DNA of 64,000 nt from an uncultured Armatimonadia bacterium (GTDB lineage Bacteria; Armatimonadota; Zipacnadia; CAVVLO01), in contig CAVVLO010000003.1 of NCBI GenBank assembly GCA_963749155.1, forward strand, positions 96,001-160,000, written 5' to 3'. Below are positions 41,802 through 52,170 of this stretch, in pieces. A program made the position numbers and the translations under genes. Each line of letters opens with the position of its first letter. The first letter of the stretch is position 1. Under the pieces are notes generated by a model. That model was given only the letters and a program-made list of their open reading frames with translations. It searched no databases and was not told the DNA's origin.

Positions 41802-42914
41802 TACCTCCCATACTTCTCCACCAGCTCGCTGACCAGGCGGACGCGCTCCATATCGCCGTCTGGGGGCACCTGATCGCAGGTGCCGATCAGCACTTTGCCC
41901 TCCTCCATCAGCTCTTCGAGTATCTCCCTGACGCAGCGCTCGACTGTCTGAGCGGGATAGAGAGGGCTGAAGAGCGCCCCAGGCACGCCAGTCCAGAGCA
42001 GCACCTCGGGCCCGGCAAGCTCCCTCATCTGGCGAGGGGTCAGATCGCCGACCGGCGCGGGGGTCAGCGATTGCGCGCACTGGATGCCCGAGGCCGCGAC
42101 TTGCTCCAGCACGCCGCGCATCGTCCCATCGATATGCACAAGCGTATGCTTGCCCGCCTTCCGCACCTGCGCTGAGCGCTTGATATGGTAGGGCAGGTAG
42201 TAATCACGAAACACTTTTGGCCCGACGACCTCGGCCGAGATGTTCTCCCCGAAGCACACGAGCGGCGCTGGCGAGTCGCACACGATGGGATAGAGTCGCT
42301 CGTCCCGCTCGTCCAGCGCATCCAGTGTGCGGTGGACCTCTTCGCGGTCGTCCAGCAGCGCGTAGACGGTATTGGTGACGCCCATCCAGATGACCAGCAG
42401 GTCCGCCATCGGCATCCGCGGGGGGATGGTCCCAGGGATACCCTCCCCGCCCCACTTTTCAATCTGCAGCAGCTGGTGAGAGTAGTCGGCCTCAAACTGG
42501 GTGTGATGACAGAGAAACTGCAGCGTCCTGAGGTCGGCGCTGGTCTTGCAGGGGTATTCGAGATAGGCCCAGGTGTAGCCAAGTGGTTCAAACTGCTGCA
42601 CCTGATGGAGGCTGCCGACGGGGGTCGTCCACTCGACGTGAATCAACCGCTTGCCCTCGCGCTCCTCCTCCCAGCTCTTTACGGCAATCTCGTCGGTGTC
42701 ATAGGTCTGGCGCCAGGGGTTGGCGAGCACCTGTTCCATCCCGCCGATGCCATAATCGCGGTAGAGGTCGACGACTCCCCAGCCCTCATACCGCTCGGGG
42801 AGCTTGCCCGGCCTGCTGCATCGCGCTATACCAGTAGGAGAGATCACCCGCCCACGGCACAACATCGGGCCGCCGCCCCTCGAATACTGCAATGATGCGC
42901 TCAAGGTGGGTCAA
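41798..42914 (-). CDS. Uroporphyrinogen decarboxylase family protein (frameshift near 42810)
   Basis: TTG start MTHLERIIAVFEGRRPDVVPW is in a different frame; HIDG, TCDQVPPD. Confidence 0.8.
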
Positions 42915-42929
42915 GTGGGGCGGGCCTCC

Positions 42930-43616
42930 TTAGGTAGTGCGCGAAACCTCGCTGTGCCAGCGGTCTGCAAGCAGGAGTGCCAAAGCCGCAGCCCCTATCA
43001 CTCCGAAGCCAGCGGTAAGATATTTGGGAGACACGGCGAAAGCCAGTATGCCCCCCGCAAGGACTGGGATGCCATATTTGACAAACTGCAGCGCCACCTG
43101 GCCTGGCAAGGGTGCTTTTTCAGCAGACTGCTCGGACCAGCTCTTGAACATAAGAGAGAAGACGACAATATATGCTAACATTGCAAGCAGCAGCCAGTTG
43201 CCCGGGCTCAGTCCCCAGTGCCACAGCACCCACCACCCCACTGCCCACACGCTAACACCGAGGGCTACGTACCTCGCAAGGCTTAGGAGATTGCGCTTCT
43301 CGGCTGTAGTCTTGCAAATATAACGGAGGCACAGCCAGTGCCCACTAAAAACAAGCAGCACGCCAAGCGCGAACGTCGCAACCCTCCACTGCATCCCGAG
43401 TGGCTGCTCAGGGGCAACCGCCCAGGCACAAAAGAAAAAGCCAGCATAATCCAGCAACTGTGTTACCGGATATAGAGGGTTCACAGACCTAACATAGGGA
43501 TTGACCTGGTGCTCCGGATGAATCTCCGGCCACGGTGTCCCGCAGGCAGGACAGACGTCCAGCTTGCCTGAGTAAACGGTATAGCAGTTGGAGCAGATTC
43601 GCTTGCGACCTGTCAC
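42930..43616 (-). CDS. Membrane protein with an N-terminal zinc ribbon
   Basis: CSNC..CPACG, about 6 TM helices; GGAGG RBS. Confidence 0.7.
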   Translation of the reverse strand: MTGRKRICSNCYTVYSGKLDVCPACGTPWPEIHPEHQVNPYVRSVNPLYPVTQLLDYAGFFFCAWAVAPEQPLGMQWRVATFALGVLLVFSGHWLCLRYICKTTAEKRNLLSLARYVALGVSVWAVGWWVLWHWGLSPGNWLLLAMLAYIVVFSLMFKSWSEQSAEKAPLPGQVALQFVKYGIPVLAGGILAFAVSPKYLTAGFGVIGAAALALLLADRWHSEVSRTT

Positions 43617-43712
43617 GAAGCTCCCTCCTGGCTAGAACCAAATCTCATTGATCCGAACCCGAAAGCCTTTGGTAACCTGCTCGTAGCACCTCGAAACAGC
43701 CTCGTAGCCTCC

Positions 43713-43780
43713 CGCTCTGTTGCGGTCTAGCTACCTCCTCCCTAACCCCCACCCTCCCGGGGGTGCAAGCAGCGTGCCAG
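43713..43780 (-). repeat. Dispersed element copy 1: sigma-54 promoter followed by G-tracts
   Basis: CTGGCACGCTGCTTGCA followed by CCCCCGGGAGGGTGGGGGTTAGGG; 43740..43780 differs from 50409..50449 at one base. Confidence 0.85.
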
Positions 43781-43850
43781 AACCTGGCCAGGAAGGCGCT
43801 CCAGACAAAAGATTTTCGAAAGGTTTACACGGTGGAAACCCGCTTCACCT

Positions 43851-44451
43851 CTAACCCGGGGTTTCGCGCTCCTCGGATCTTGCCCCAGTCAGCAGCTCCC
43901 CACTAGTGAAGGCCAACTGGCTGCCCACCACTGCTGGCACGAGCCAAGGCTGAGCGAGCGCGAGGATGACCACGGGCAGCGCCACGGCTCCGTAACAGCA
44001 GGAAGTAGTGAAGTGCGCCTCCCCACTCGGTTCCGGACGCATACCTCGGGCAACGCAAGACCGTCAGGGCGAACCAGGCCAGGTAACTGTAAAACGCTAT
44101 CATCAACCAGAGTGAGTAACTGAGCCGCGCCACGTAAAGTAGCAGGCCCCCAGCCACCGCAAGCGCCAGTATCCAGAGATAGGCAACCGCCGCGCGGCGC
44201 AACTCGCCTGGGTCCGCCCGGTCCCGCAGCCCGAACGCAGCAGCGCAGAGGCCGGCAAGCAGGAGGAACACAAAGGTCACGGCGAGAGAGGCTAGTTCCA
44301 GCGGGAGACTTAGCTCCGCGTGAAGAATAACGGCCACGAGCAACCCCGCCAGTCCCACCACCAGCAGCAGCACTTCCAGTGCATAGGCAAGCCCTCGCAC
44401 TAGCCACCGGTGCTCGCTTTCGGACTGCTCCCCAGACTCAGGCTCTGCCAC
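43851..44451 (-). CDS. Hypothetical membrane protein (probable frameshift near the 3' end)
   Basis: Hydrophobic ORF 43903..44451; the hydrophobic sequence continues in the 43851..44042 frame. Confidence 0.6.
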
Positions 44452-44473
44452 GGCAGATCGACCTCCGCTCCCC

Positions 44474-45590
44474 TCAGTACCTCCCGTGCTCTTCGACCAG
44501 CTTCGTAATCAGCTCGCACTTGTGCGGCTGACCGTCGGGAGGCATCTGGTCGCACACTCCAATTATCAGTTTAGCACCTTCCATCAGGTGTTCGAGACAT
44601 TCCATCACGATTTTTTCAACCGCGGAGTCCGGATAAAGATTGCTGAAGTAGGCGCCAGGCACGCCCGTCCACAGGATTACATCCGGCCCGGCCATTGCGC
44701 GCATCTCGCTTGGGGCGACATCTCCCACCGGGTAAGGTGTCAGCGACTGGGCGCACTCGATGCCTCCCAGATGGAAAAGCTCCAGCACGCCGCGCATCGT
44801 CCCATCAATATGCACGAACCCATGCTTGCCCGGCCTCGTGGATCTGCTTGCCGCGCTTTTGGTGGAAGGGGATGTAAAACTCCTTGTACAGCTTCGGACT
44901 CACGACCTCGGAGGTGATGTTCTCCCCGAAGTAGACCATCGGCGCCGGGGAGCCGCAGACGATTGGGTAGATCTTCTCGTCCAGCTCGTCCAGCGCTTCG
45001 ACCGTCCGCCAGACCTCGTCCGGATCGTCCGCGAGGGCATAAGTAGTGTTCATAACGCCCATCCAGATGACTATCAGATTGGCCAGGGGGATGCGCGGCG
45101 GGATGCTGCTCGCGATGCCCTGCTCTCCCCACAGCTCGATCTGGCGCTCCTGATGGATATAGTTCGGTTTCACCTGGGTATGCCGGGCGAGAAACTGCAA
45201 AGTCCGCAGGTCGGCTGCATCTTTGACAGGATAATCAAGGTAAGCCCAGGTGTAGCCCATCGGCTCATACTGCTGCACCTGATGCAGAGTGCCGACAGGG
45301 GTGATCCACTCGGTGTGAGCGATCTGCCGGTCGCCCTTCTGCTCCTGCCAGCCCTTCACCTGGATCTCGTCGGTGTCATACCACTGCTCCCAGGGCTGGG
45401 CCAGCACATGCTCGTGCGCTCCGACGCCGAGGTCTTTGTAAAGCTGCACGACGCCCTCGCCCATATATTTCTCGGGCATCTGGCCGGACTGCGCCATCGC
45501 GTTATACCAGTAAGTCAGATCGCCAAACCAGGGCACCACATCAGGCGTGCGCCCCTCGAAAACGGCGGTTATGCGTTCTTTGGGTGTCAT
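44474..45590 (-). CDS. Uroporphyrinogen decarboxylase family protein, close paralogue of 41798..42914 (frameshift near 44820)
   Basis: MTPKERITAVFEGRTPDVVPW, HIDG, VCDQMPPD. Confidence 0.85.
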
Positions 45591-45603
45591 TTTGAGCTCC
45601 TTC

Positions 45604-46623
45604 CTAGTCAGCGCGCCAGGCGCGTCCAGCGGCAATCATCGCTTCGAGATTGGCAATAGGGGTCTCGGCTGGCAGGTCGCAGCCCGTGCTAAGTACAAAA
45701 TTGGGATAAGGCGCCATCTTGGCGAGGAGAGCCTCTGTCTCCGCCGTCACAGCCTCGGGCCTGCCGCGCAGTATCGTCCCCGTCGGTGACAGATTGCCAA
45801 CGATAAGCACACCCTCTCCGGCCTGGTCGGCTGCCTCGGCCAAATCCAGTCCAGTCTCGGGAGAATCAAGGCTCAGCGCGTCCGCGCCTGTGGCCACCAT
45901 AGATTTGATGAGGTGAGTGGTGTTGCCGCAGATATGCAGCACCGCCGCCGCCTCGCGAGAATGCACCAGGTCTGTCAGCCTGGCGCACCACTTGCCTGAA
46001 AAGCCTTCGAACTGGCGCGGCCCCAGCATTACAGCGCTCGGTTCGAGCAGGCAGATGACCTCAGCGCCCGCCTCGAGCAGCGCCTGGGCGAAGAGGGCCA
46101 GCTTGCTCGTAGCCAGCTCGCACAGTTCCTCCATCCGCTCAGGCTCTTCCAGCGTCAGCAAGGCGGCTTCCTCAGCGCCAACCAGCAAGCCAACAAGCGA
46201 GAAGGGGCCGATCATATACGCCCCGCAGAGGACAGACTTGGGCAGCAGTCCACTCATCCGCCTGACCGCTTCCAGGTACGCCATCACGCGGCCATCCTGC
46301 AGCAGCTCAACGCCGGCGATGCGCTCAAGTTCACCCGGCTTCAAGGCAGAATGGCGCACTGCGCCGACATCATCAACAGGATAAACTGTAAGCTTGCCCA
46401 GCGCATTGGCCTCCAGCGTCAGGTCCATCAGCGGGAAGAGGAGATCAATATCCAGCCTCTCCACAAGCGCCCGCAGCACTTTCTCATGCTCGACAGCGTT
46501 TTGCTGCGCCAGTTTCATCGTCGTATCTACAAGTTGAAGGCCAGGAGCCCCGGCCAGCGGCACGATGAGTCTGCGCCCCTCAGCTAGTGCTTGCTCCTGC
46601 GCCTTTGGCAAGGCCTTGCTCAT
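45604..46623 (-). CDS. MtaA/CmuA-like methyltransferase (UroD family)
   Basis: MDLTLEANALG, GPFSL, LHICG, GNLSP, LSTGCDLP (His-x-Cys...Cys zinc ligands). Confidence 0.85.
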   Translation of the reverse strand: MSKALPKAQEQALAEGRRLIVPLAGAPGLQLVDTTMKLAQQNAVEHEKVLRALVERLDIDLLFPLMDLTLEANALGKLTVYPVDDVGAVRHSALKPGELERIAGVELLQDGRVMAYLEAVRRMSGLLPKSVLCGAYMIGPFSLVGLLVGAEEAALLTLEEPERMEELCELATSKLALFAQALLEAGAEVICLLEPSAVMLGPRQFEGFSGKWCARLTDLVHSREAAAVLHICGNTTHLIKSMVATGADALSLDSPETGLDLAEAADQAGEGVLIVGNLSPTGTILRGRPEAVTAETEALLAKMAPYPNFVLSTGCDLPAETPIANLEAMIAAGRAWRAD

Positions 46624-46635
46624 CTGAAAAGCTCC

Positions 46636-48114
46636 TTATAACTCTGCAACTTGCAGAAAGGTCTTGTACGCCTCATCAAAGGCCCCGGTATCTTCAGGTG
46701 TATACGTTTCCAGGCCAAAGGAATCCCGGATGACTTCGCGAGCCTCACTGAGGCCGGCCAACTCGCCCGTCGCGATGGCCTGCATCAGGATATTTCCGAG
46801 TGCCGTCGCCTCGTAAGGCCCGACGATGACCGGCACGCCGCAGGCATTGGCCGTGAACTGCGAGAGCAGCCTGTTCTGCCCACCGCCACCGACGATATGG
46901 ATAGTGTCCAGCTTGCCGCCGCGTATCTCCTGCAGCTTCTCGAAGGTCCACTTGTACTTCAGAGCGAGACTCTCGAGCGCCACGCGCACCAGTTCGCCCT
47001 TGCTGGTCGGCACCTGCTGGCCGCTTTCCTGGCAGAACTGCGCGATACGGGCCGGCATATCGCCAGGCTTCAGGAAAAGCTCGGCGTCCGGATCAATGAC
47101 CGCGAGGAAAGGCTTCGCCTCGGAGGCCATCCGGGTAATGGTGACATAGTCCAGCACCTCGCCCTCGCGCTCCCAGGTGCGGCGACACTCCTGGATCAGC
47201 CACAGGCCCATAACATTTTTGAGGAAACGGAAGGTCCCGTCCACACCGCCCTCGTTGGTGAAGTTGTACTTCAGCGCTGCCTCGGTCACCAGCGGCTCCT
47301 TCACCTCAAGGCCTGGCAGCGACCAGGTGCCGCTGCTGATGTAAGCATGGTTGGTGCCCCGCGCAGGCACTGCGGCTACGGCCGAGCCCGTGTCATGCGT
47401 CGCAGGCGCGATAACGGGCACAGCGCCCAGGTTGGTCTGCTCCTGCATCGAGGGATGCAGCGGCCCAAGCAGCGTGCCGGGCGGGACGATCTCGCCCAGG
47501 AACCCGCTCGGGATGCCCAGCTTGTCGAGCAGCTCCGTCGCCCAGCGCCCCTCGCGCGGGTTGTAGAACTGCGTCGTCGTCGCGTCCGAGAACTCATTGG
47601 CCTTTACGCCCGTCAGCCAGAAGTTGAAAAGGTCGGGTATCATCAGAAGTCGCTTGGCATTGTCCAATAAGGAGCTCTGCTGCTTCACCATCGCAGCAAG
47701 CTGGAACAGCGTATTGAGCTGCATAAACTGGATGCCCGTCTGGTTGAAGATCTCCTCGCGCGGAACGAGGTCAAACACATAGTCCAGCATCCCGTCGGTG
47801 CGCGCATCGCGATAGTGCCAGGGGTTCGAGAGCAGCACATCGTCCTTGTCCAGCAGGCCGAAGTCCACCCCCCAGGTGTCGATACCTATGCCTTTCAGCT
47901 CTTCGACCTCGGCGGCGGCCATCCGGAGGCCGTTGCGTATCTCGCCGAAGAAGCCAAGCACGTCCCAGTGCATTCCGGTGGGCAGTATGGTACCGCCGGT
48001 TGGGAACCTGTGGATCTCGCGCAGCGAGACCTTGCCTCCGGTGAGTTCGCCGATTACCGCGCGACCACTTTCAGCACCGAAATCAAAAGCCAGATAGGTA
48101 GCGGATTTCGCCAT
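46636..48114 (-). CDS. rhaB: Rhamnulokinase (FGGY family)
   Basis: LAFDFGAESGR, IGIDTWGVDF, HDTGSAV, SSGTWS, FLKNVMGLWLIQE. Confidence 0.88.
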   Translation of the reverse strand: MAKSATYLAFDFGAESGRAVIGELTGGKVSLREIHRFPTGGTILPTGMHWDVLGFFGEIRNGLRMAAAEVEELKGIGIDTWGVDFGLLDKDDVLLSNPWHYRDARTDGMLDYVFDLVPREEIFNQTGIQFMQLNTLFQLAAMVKQQSSLLDNAKRLLMIPDLFNFWLTGVKANEFSDATTTQFYNPREGRWATELLDKLGIPSGFLGEIVPPGTLLGPLHPSMQEQTNLGAVPVIAPATHDTGSAVAAVPARGTNHAYISSGTWSLPGLEVKEPLVTEAALKYNFTNEGGVDGTFRFLKNVMGLWLIQECRRTWEREGEVLDYVTITRMASEAKPFLAVIDPDAELFLKPGDMPARIAQFCQESGQQVPTSKGELVRVALESLALKYKWTFEKLQEIRGGKLDTIHIVGGGGQNRLLSQFTANACGVPVIVGPYEATALGNILMQAIATGELAGLSEAREVIRDSFGLETYTPEDTGAFDEAYKTFLQVAEL

Positions 48115-48303
48115 CCAGATCACCTCAACGAGACCTTGATAGGGCGGCGCAAAGCCCTCTTGGGAAGAGGCTTGCGTCGGGGCTAGCAACCCTTTCGGGC
48201 CGCAGGATACCTGCCTGGAAGCCACTTGGCAATAGAAAAAGGACAAGCGCCTGCGATGCATACAAAAGTTCTGTCAAAGTGACGCGCTTCCTCCTAGTCC
48301 AGG

Positions 48304-48329
48304 GCAGGAACCGCCTTCCCTTCAGCGAA
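48304..48329 (+). promoter_or_regulatory. SigH-like promoter
   Basis: GCAGGA-N17-GAA. Confidence 0.6.
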
Positions 48330-48370
48330 CCTGCGGCAAGTCAGAAATTAGCAGTCAGGAGGCGCGTCCA

Positions 48371-49384
48371 ATGCGCAACGCCACAATCGTTTTTCCCGCC
48401 AAGGGAGAAGTCATACTTGAAGATCGTCCCATACCCGCCGTCGCAGAAGGCATGCTGCTTGTAAGGACCTTGAAGACCCTAATCAGCACGGGCACCGAGA
48501 GCATCTGTTTTCTATCGAAGTTTACTCCTGACACCCACTGGGCCAACTGGGTGAAATATCCCTTCCAGCCTGGCTATTCTCAAGTGGGCATCGTTGAAGA
48601 AATCGGCGCCGGTGTGACTGGCTTTGAGGTTGGCGAGCTTGTCGCGACCGAGACCCAGCATCAGGCCTGGGCCAATATCTGGCCGCCCTCGGCTATCAAG
48701 GTGCCTGAGGGAGTAACGCCGACTGACGCGACCTGGCATTCACTGGGACGCATCGCACAGGTGGGCGTAAGGAAAGCCGACCACGAGTTAGGCGATGCCG
48801 TGGTGATTATCGGGCTTGGGCTGCTTGGCCAGCTTGTCACCCAGTATGTGCGACTGATGGGCGCGCGGCAGGTCATCGCGATAGACACTTCGGATTTCCG
48901 CCTCGAGCTTGCCAAAGAGCATGGCGCCACCCACTGCCTGCTGATGCCTGTGCAGGACGCGAAAGACACCGTATTGGAACTCACCGGTGGCCGCGGCGTG
49001 GATGTGGCCTACGACATCACGGGCGCCTGGCAAGTGCTGCCCCACGCGCTGCCCCTGGTCTGCAGGCATGGCAAGGTGCTGATACTCGGAGACACGGGCC
49101 ATCCAGAGAAACAAGTGCTGACTGGTGATGTCGTCTGTCGCGGCGTGAGCATCATCGGCGCTCATGCTGTGCTGCCCAGTTTCGAAGTTACAGACAAGGA
49201 ATACTGGAGCCGCGGCAACATCGAGAGCCTCTTCCTGGAGTATATCCGACGCGGCGATATGGTTGTCGAAGACCTGGTTACGCATATCTTCTCGCCTGCC
49301 GACTGCGCGGAAGCCTATGGCGCGCTCGAAGAGCAACGCGAGACGATGATGGGCGTTGTTTTCGACTGGGAAGCTGACCTCTAA
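48371..49384 (+). CDS. Zinc-binding (MDR) dehydrogenase family protein
   Basis: LISTGTE, YPFQPGYS, IIGLGLLG. Confidence 0.88.
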   Translation: MRNATIVFPAKGEVILEDRPIPAVAEGMLLVRTLKTLISTGTESICFLSKFTPDTHWANWVKYPFQPGYSQVGIVEEIGAGVTGFEVGELVATETQHQAWANIWPPSAIKVPEGVTPTDATWHSLGRIAQVGVRKADHELGDAVVIIGLGLLGQLVTQYVRLMGARQVIAIDTSDFRLELAKEHGATHCLLMPVQDAKDTVLELTGGRGVDVAYDITGAWQVLPHALPLVCRHGKVLILGDTGHPEKQVLTGDVVCRGVSIIGAHAVLPSFEVTDKEYWSRGNIESLFLEYIRRGDMVVEDLVTHIFSPADCAEAYGALEEQRETMMGVVFDWEADL

Positions 49385-50253
49385 TCAGCTTTTGGTTTTA
49401 GTCGCGCGTCAAGCCATTCGACAATTACCTCAGTTGGGGTGGGCATGCCAGGCGTAGTGAGCTGGCCATGACCTGCCCCTTCATAGGTTACGAGTTTGGC
49501 TTCAACTTTGGCGGCTTCGAGCCTCGCAAGCAAATCAACTGACTGCTGGTAAGGCACCAACTTGTCCGCGGTGCCGTGCAGAATCAGCACGGGCGGGTCG
49601 GCTTCATCTACCCATAATATCGGAGAGGCTTGTGTGAGGCCTTGCATGACTTGCTCCTCAGGGGTGCCTGCGGGGAAGAAACCGAGTATCTCGGGCCTTT
49701 GGGCAATAGAGCGCAAGTCGGTCGGGCCAAAGAGGGAGACCACTGCTTTGATGCCCAGATTGCTGGCCTTCCAGACCTGCGAGTCCCCGGTATCGGCCAT
49801 ATCGGACAGGCCTGTCATAAGCGCCAGATGCCCTCCGGCGGAGCTTCCCATCACAGCCAGGCGATCGGGATCGAGTTTGGCGCGAGTCGGAAGCTGGGCG
49901 CGCGCGAACTTCACTGCCTGGAGGCAATCGTAGAGGTTCGCGGGCCAGATCATATTGGGCGTCAGGCGATACTGGATGCTTATAACAACGTAGCCGGACT
50001 GCTTCAGTTGGGCCCAGGCGCAGGGGCTTTTATCGCCGTTGCGCCAGCCGCCCCCGTGGATGAAGAGGACTCCTGGGAAGGGCCCCTCTCCCTCGGGGAT
50101 ATAAACATCGAGCCTCAAGGGAGGCTCGGTATAGTCGGCGAATACTAGATCCGACAGGTCGGGCTGGATCGGGGCAGGCCTGGCAATTTGTGCCTGAAGA
50201 GCCAGGGCTGAGCAAGCCAGCAAGAGTAAAACAAGCGGTAGGATTTTTTGCAT
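49381..50253 (-). CDS. Secreted alpha/beta hydrolase (BD-FAE/acetyl esterase-like)
   Basis: IHGGGW, GSSAGGHL, HGTADKLVP, GAGHG; signal peptide. Confidence 0.88.
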   Translation of the reverse strand: MQKILPLVLLLLACSALALQAQIARPAPIQPDLSDLVFADYTEPPLRLDVYIPEGEGPFPGVLFIHGGGWRNGDKSPCAWAQLKQSGYVVISIQYRLTPNMIWPANLYDCLQAVKFARAQLPTRAKLDPDRLAVMGSSAGGHLALMTGLSDMADTGDSQVWKASNLGIKAVVSLFGPTDLRSIAQRPEILGFFPAGTPEEQVMQGLTQASPILWVDEADPPVLILHGTADKLVPYQQSVDLLARLEAAKVEAKLVTYEGAGHGQLTTPGMPTPTEVIVEWLDARLKPKAD

Positions 50254-50380
50254 TGGTAAAGCACCCCCCTTGGGGAGATAGACGCCCAGAAGTGGCGAGC
50301 TGTTCACCTGGACTGTTAAGAGATTTGGGAGTGATACTCTGGCAACACTTCAGAGCAACGGTGTCACAAGCCTGCAACCG

Positions 50381-50449
50381 CGCTCTGTTGCACTTCTAGT
50401 TTCACCATCCCTAACCCCCACCCTCCCGGGGGTGCAAGAAGCGTGCCAG
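50381..50449 (-). repeat. Dispersed element copy 2: sigma-54 promoter followed by G-tracts
   Basis: CTGGCACGCTTCTTGCA CCCCCGGGAGGGTGGGGGTTAGGGATGGTGAAACTAG..GCAACAGAGCG. Confidence 0.85.
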
Positions 50450-50560
50450 AAGCGGGGCAAAAGGAGAGCCAGGATGAAAGGTTTACGGAAGGTTTACGTT
50501 TTAGATACGCAAAAGGCCAACGCCAACGGGGACCAGTCTGTAGAGAGTTGCAGCCTTCGA

Positions 50561-51913
50561 GTGCTTCCTCTCCCCTCGATTTGGGCTTTGACGCTTGCGT
50601 GCCTGGTAACAGTGATTTCCCTTCCTCCTTCGCCTTCCCCGCCTCGGAGCGGCCTTTTGCCCCTTGTCTTGCGGATTTTCTGGCAACTGTCTACGCCCCG
50701 CCAGACCAGTTCGACGCGGACCTCGGCAATGGGATGATCCGGCTCTGGCTTTCGAGTGCGACTGGAGCACCGTCGAGCCGCAGCGGGGCGAGTGGCATTT
50801 CGAGGCGATGGACAAAGTGGTTCTCGCCCTGCACGAGCGCGGTATGCAGGTCGTGCCCCTGCTTGCTTACACCGCCGGATGGGCCTCCAGCGCGCCCGAT
50901 GGCAACGGCAACGCTCCCCCGCGCGAGGTTGCAGACTGGGAGAACTACGTCGAGAAGATGGTCGCTCGTTATTCACGCCCGCCCTTCAACGTGAAGTACT
51001 TCCAGCTCTGGAACGAGCCCAAGTGGAGTGTCGATACTGGCTTCTGGACTGGCACAGGCCCCGAGTGGGTGGATATGATTTTCATCCCAGGGGCACGTAT
51101 CATCCGCAAATATGGCTGCAAGACCGTCTTCGGCGGTTGGCCTTGCAACCAGCCGCAGGACCTCGACACCGCTCTCGAATACAACGACTGCTGGCGCTGG
51201 GTGGATATTATCGACGTCCACTATTTCCCCGTCGACATCTTTCAGGATATGTGGGACAAATACCTCTCTACTGGGCGTTGCGAGGGGCTTTGGCAGACCG
51301 AGATCGGCTGGCTTACTTTCCCGAACTACCTGCCCAACTGCTATCTGCGCGCGCTCTACTGGGCGCTTGGACACGGCTGGGAGGAGGGTTCGGACAGGTA
51401 CAAGCTGTTCTGGTTCGCTTGCTGGGGAGCTGGACCGGATGGGCCAGCCAGCCTTACTCAACCAGGGGAAGGCGGCAATGTCCTCTCCCAGCATGGGCTG
51501 CGGCAGAAGGTTCTGAACGAAGTGCTCGGGGGCGAGCAGCTTGCCAGGTATGACGATTACACTACCAGCCTCAATCTGCAAGCCGAACTTACCGAGGAGA
51601 AACCCACCGGACTCGGCTTCCAGGTAGGAGAAGCGCGTCGAGTGGTGGCGCTGCTCCTCACGCCCGACTTGCTGAAAGCTAACGCCTCAGTGGTCGTTAC
51701 TCTGGGAAGTCTCTCCAGACAGCCTGCCTAGCGTACGCCTTCTGGATGTACTGGGGAATCCCCTGACGGTTGACTCCTCCTGGGCTGATGGGAAGCTGAC
51801 CTGCACCTTCCCAACCGACCAACTGAAAGCCCGAGACTGCCCGAAACTATGGCGTGGACTTCCCCATCGCGCCGGCTTATCTGGTGGTGGATTGCGCCAA
51901 TCCTGAGCCCTGA
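50561..51913 (+). CDS. Secreted GH39/GH5-like (clan A) glycoside hydrolase, several frameshifts
   Basis: DWSTVEPQRGEWHF, LAYTAGWA, FQLWNEP, IDVHY, LWQTEIG; the signal peptide and the C-terminus (..YGVDFPIAPAYLVVDCANPEP*) are in other frames; start approximate. Confidence 0.7.
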
Positions 51914-52170
51914 GACTGGACTCTCAAACAAATCTTGGCCAGTTTTCCGCAGGTTAAGCGCCTATTTCACCTTGCTGGCACGCTTCTTGCTTACCCCGGG
52001 TGGGTGGGGGCTAGGGATGGTGTAACTAGCGCGAACCGCGTAACTGGAGTGTTACCGGGTTTTTAGGAAAAGGCTGCAACCTGTGGAATTGCTACCAGCA
52101 CCTTCAGCTGAATAAAGGAAAAGTCGCTCTCGACTCCGCAACCGTTCTTCCCCATCGCGCCGGCTTATCT
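51859..52170 (+). repeat. 24-bp perfect direct repeat CTTCCCCATCGCGCCGGCTTATCT at 51859..51882 and 52147..52170
   Basis: Direct comparison; both copies continue 2 nt later into TGGTGGA. Confidence 0.9.
51975..52029 (+). repeat. Dispersed element copy 3: sigma-54 promoter followed by G-tracts
   Basis: CTGGCACGCTTCTTGC TTACCCCGGGTGGGTGGGGGCTAGGGATGGTGTAACTAG. Confidence 0.8.

Noticed and set aside
50364..50408. Leader peptide MVKLEVQQSAVAGL in element copy 2
   Set aside because: Not conserved: copy 3 reads ATG GTG TAA and copy 1 has no ATG
51859..52170. CRISPR array
   Set aside because: Only two repeats, 288 bp apart, and no cas genes
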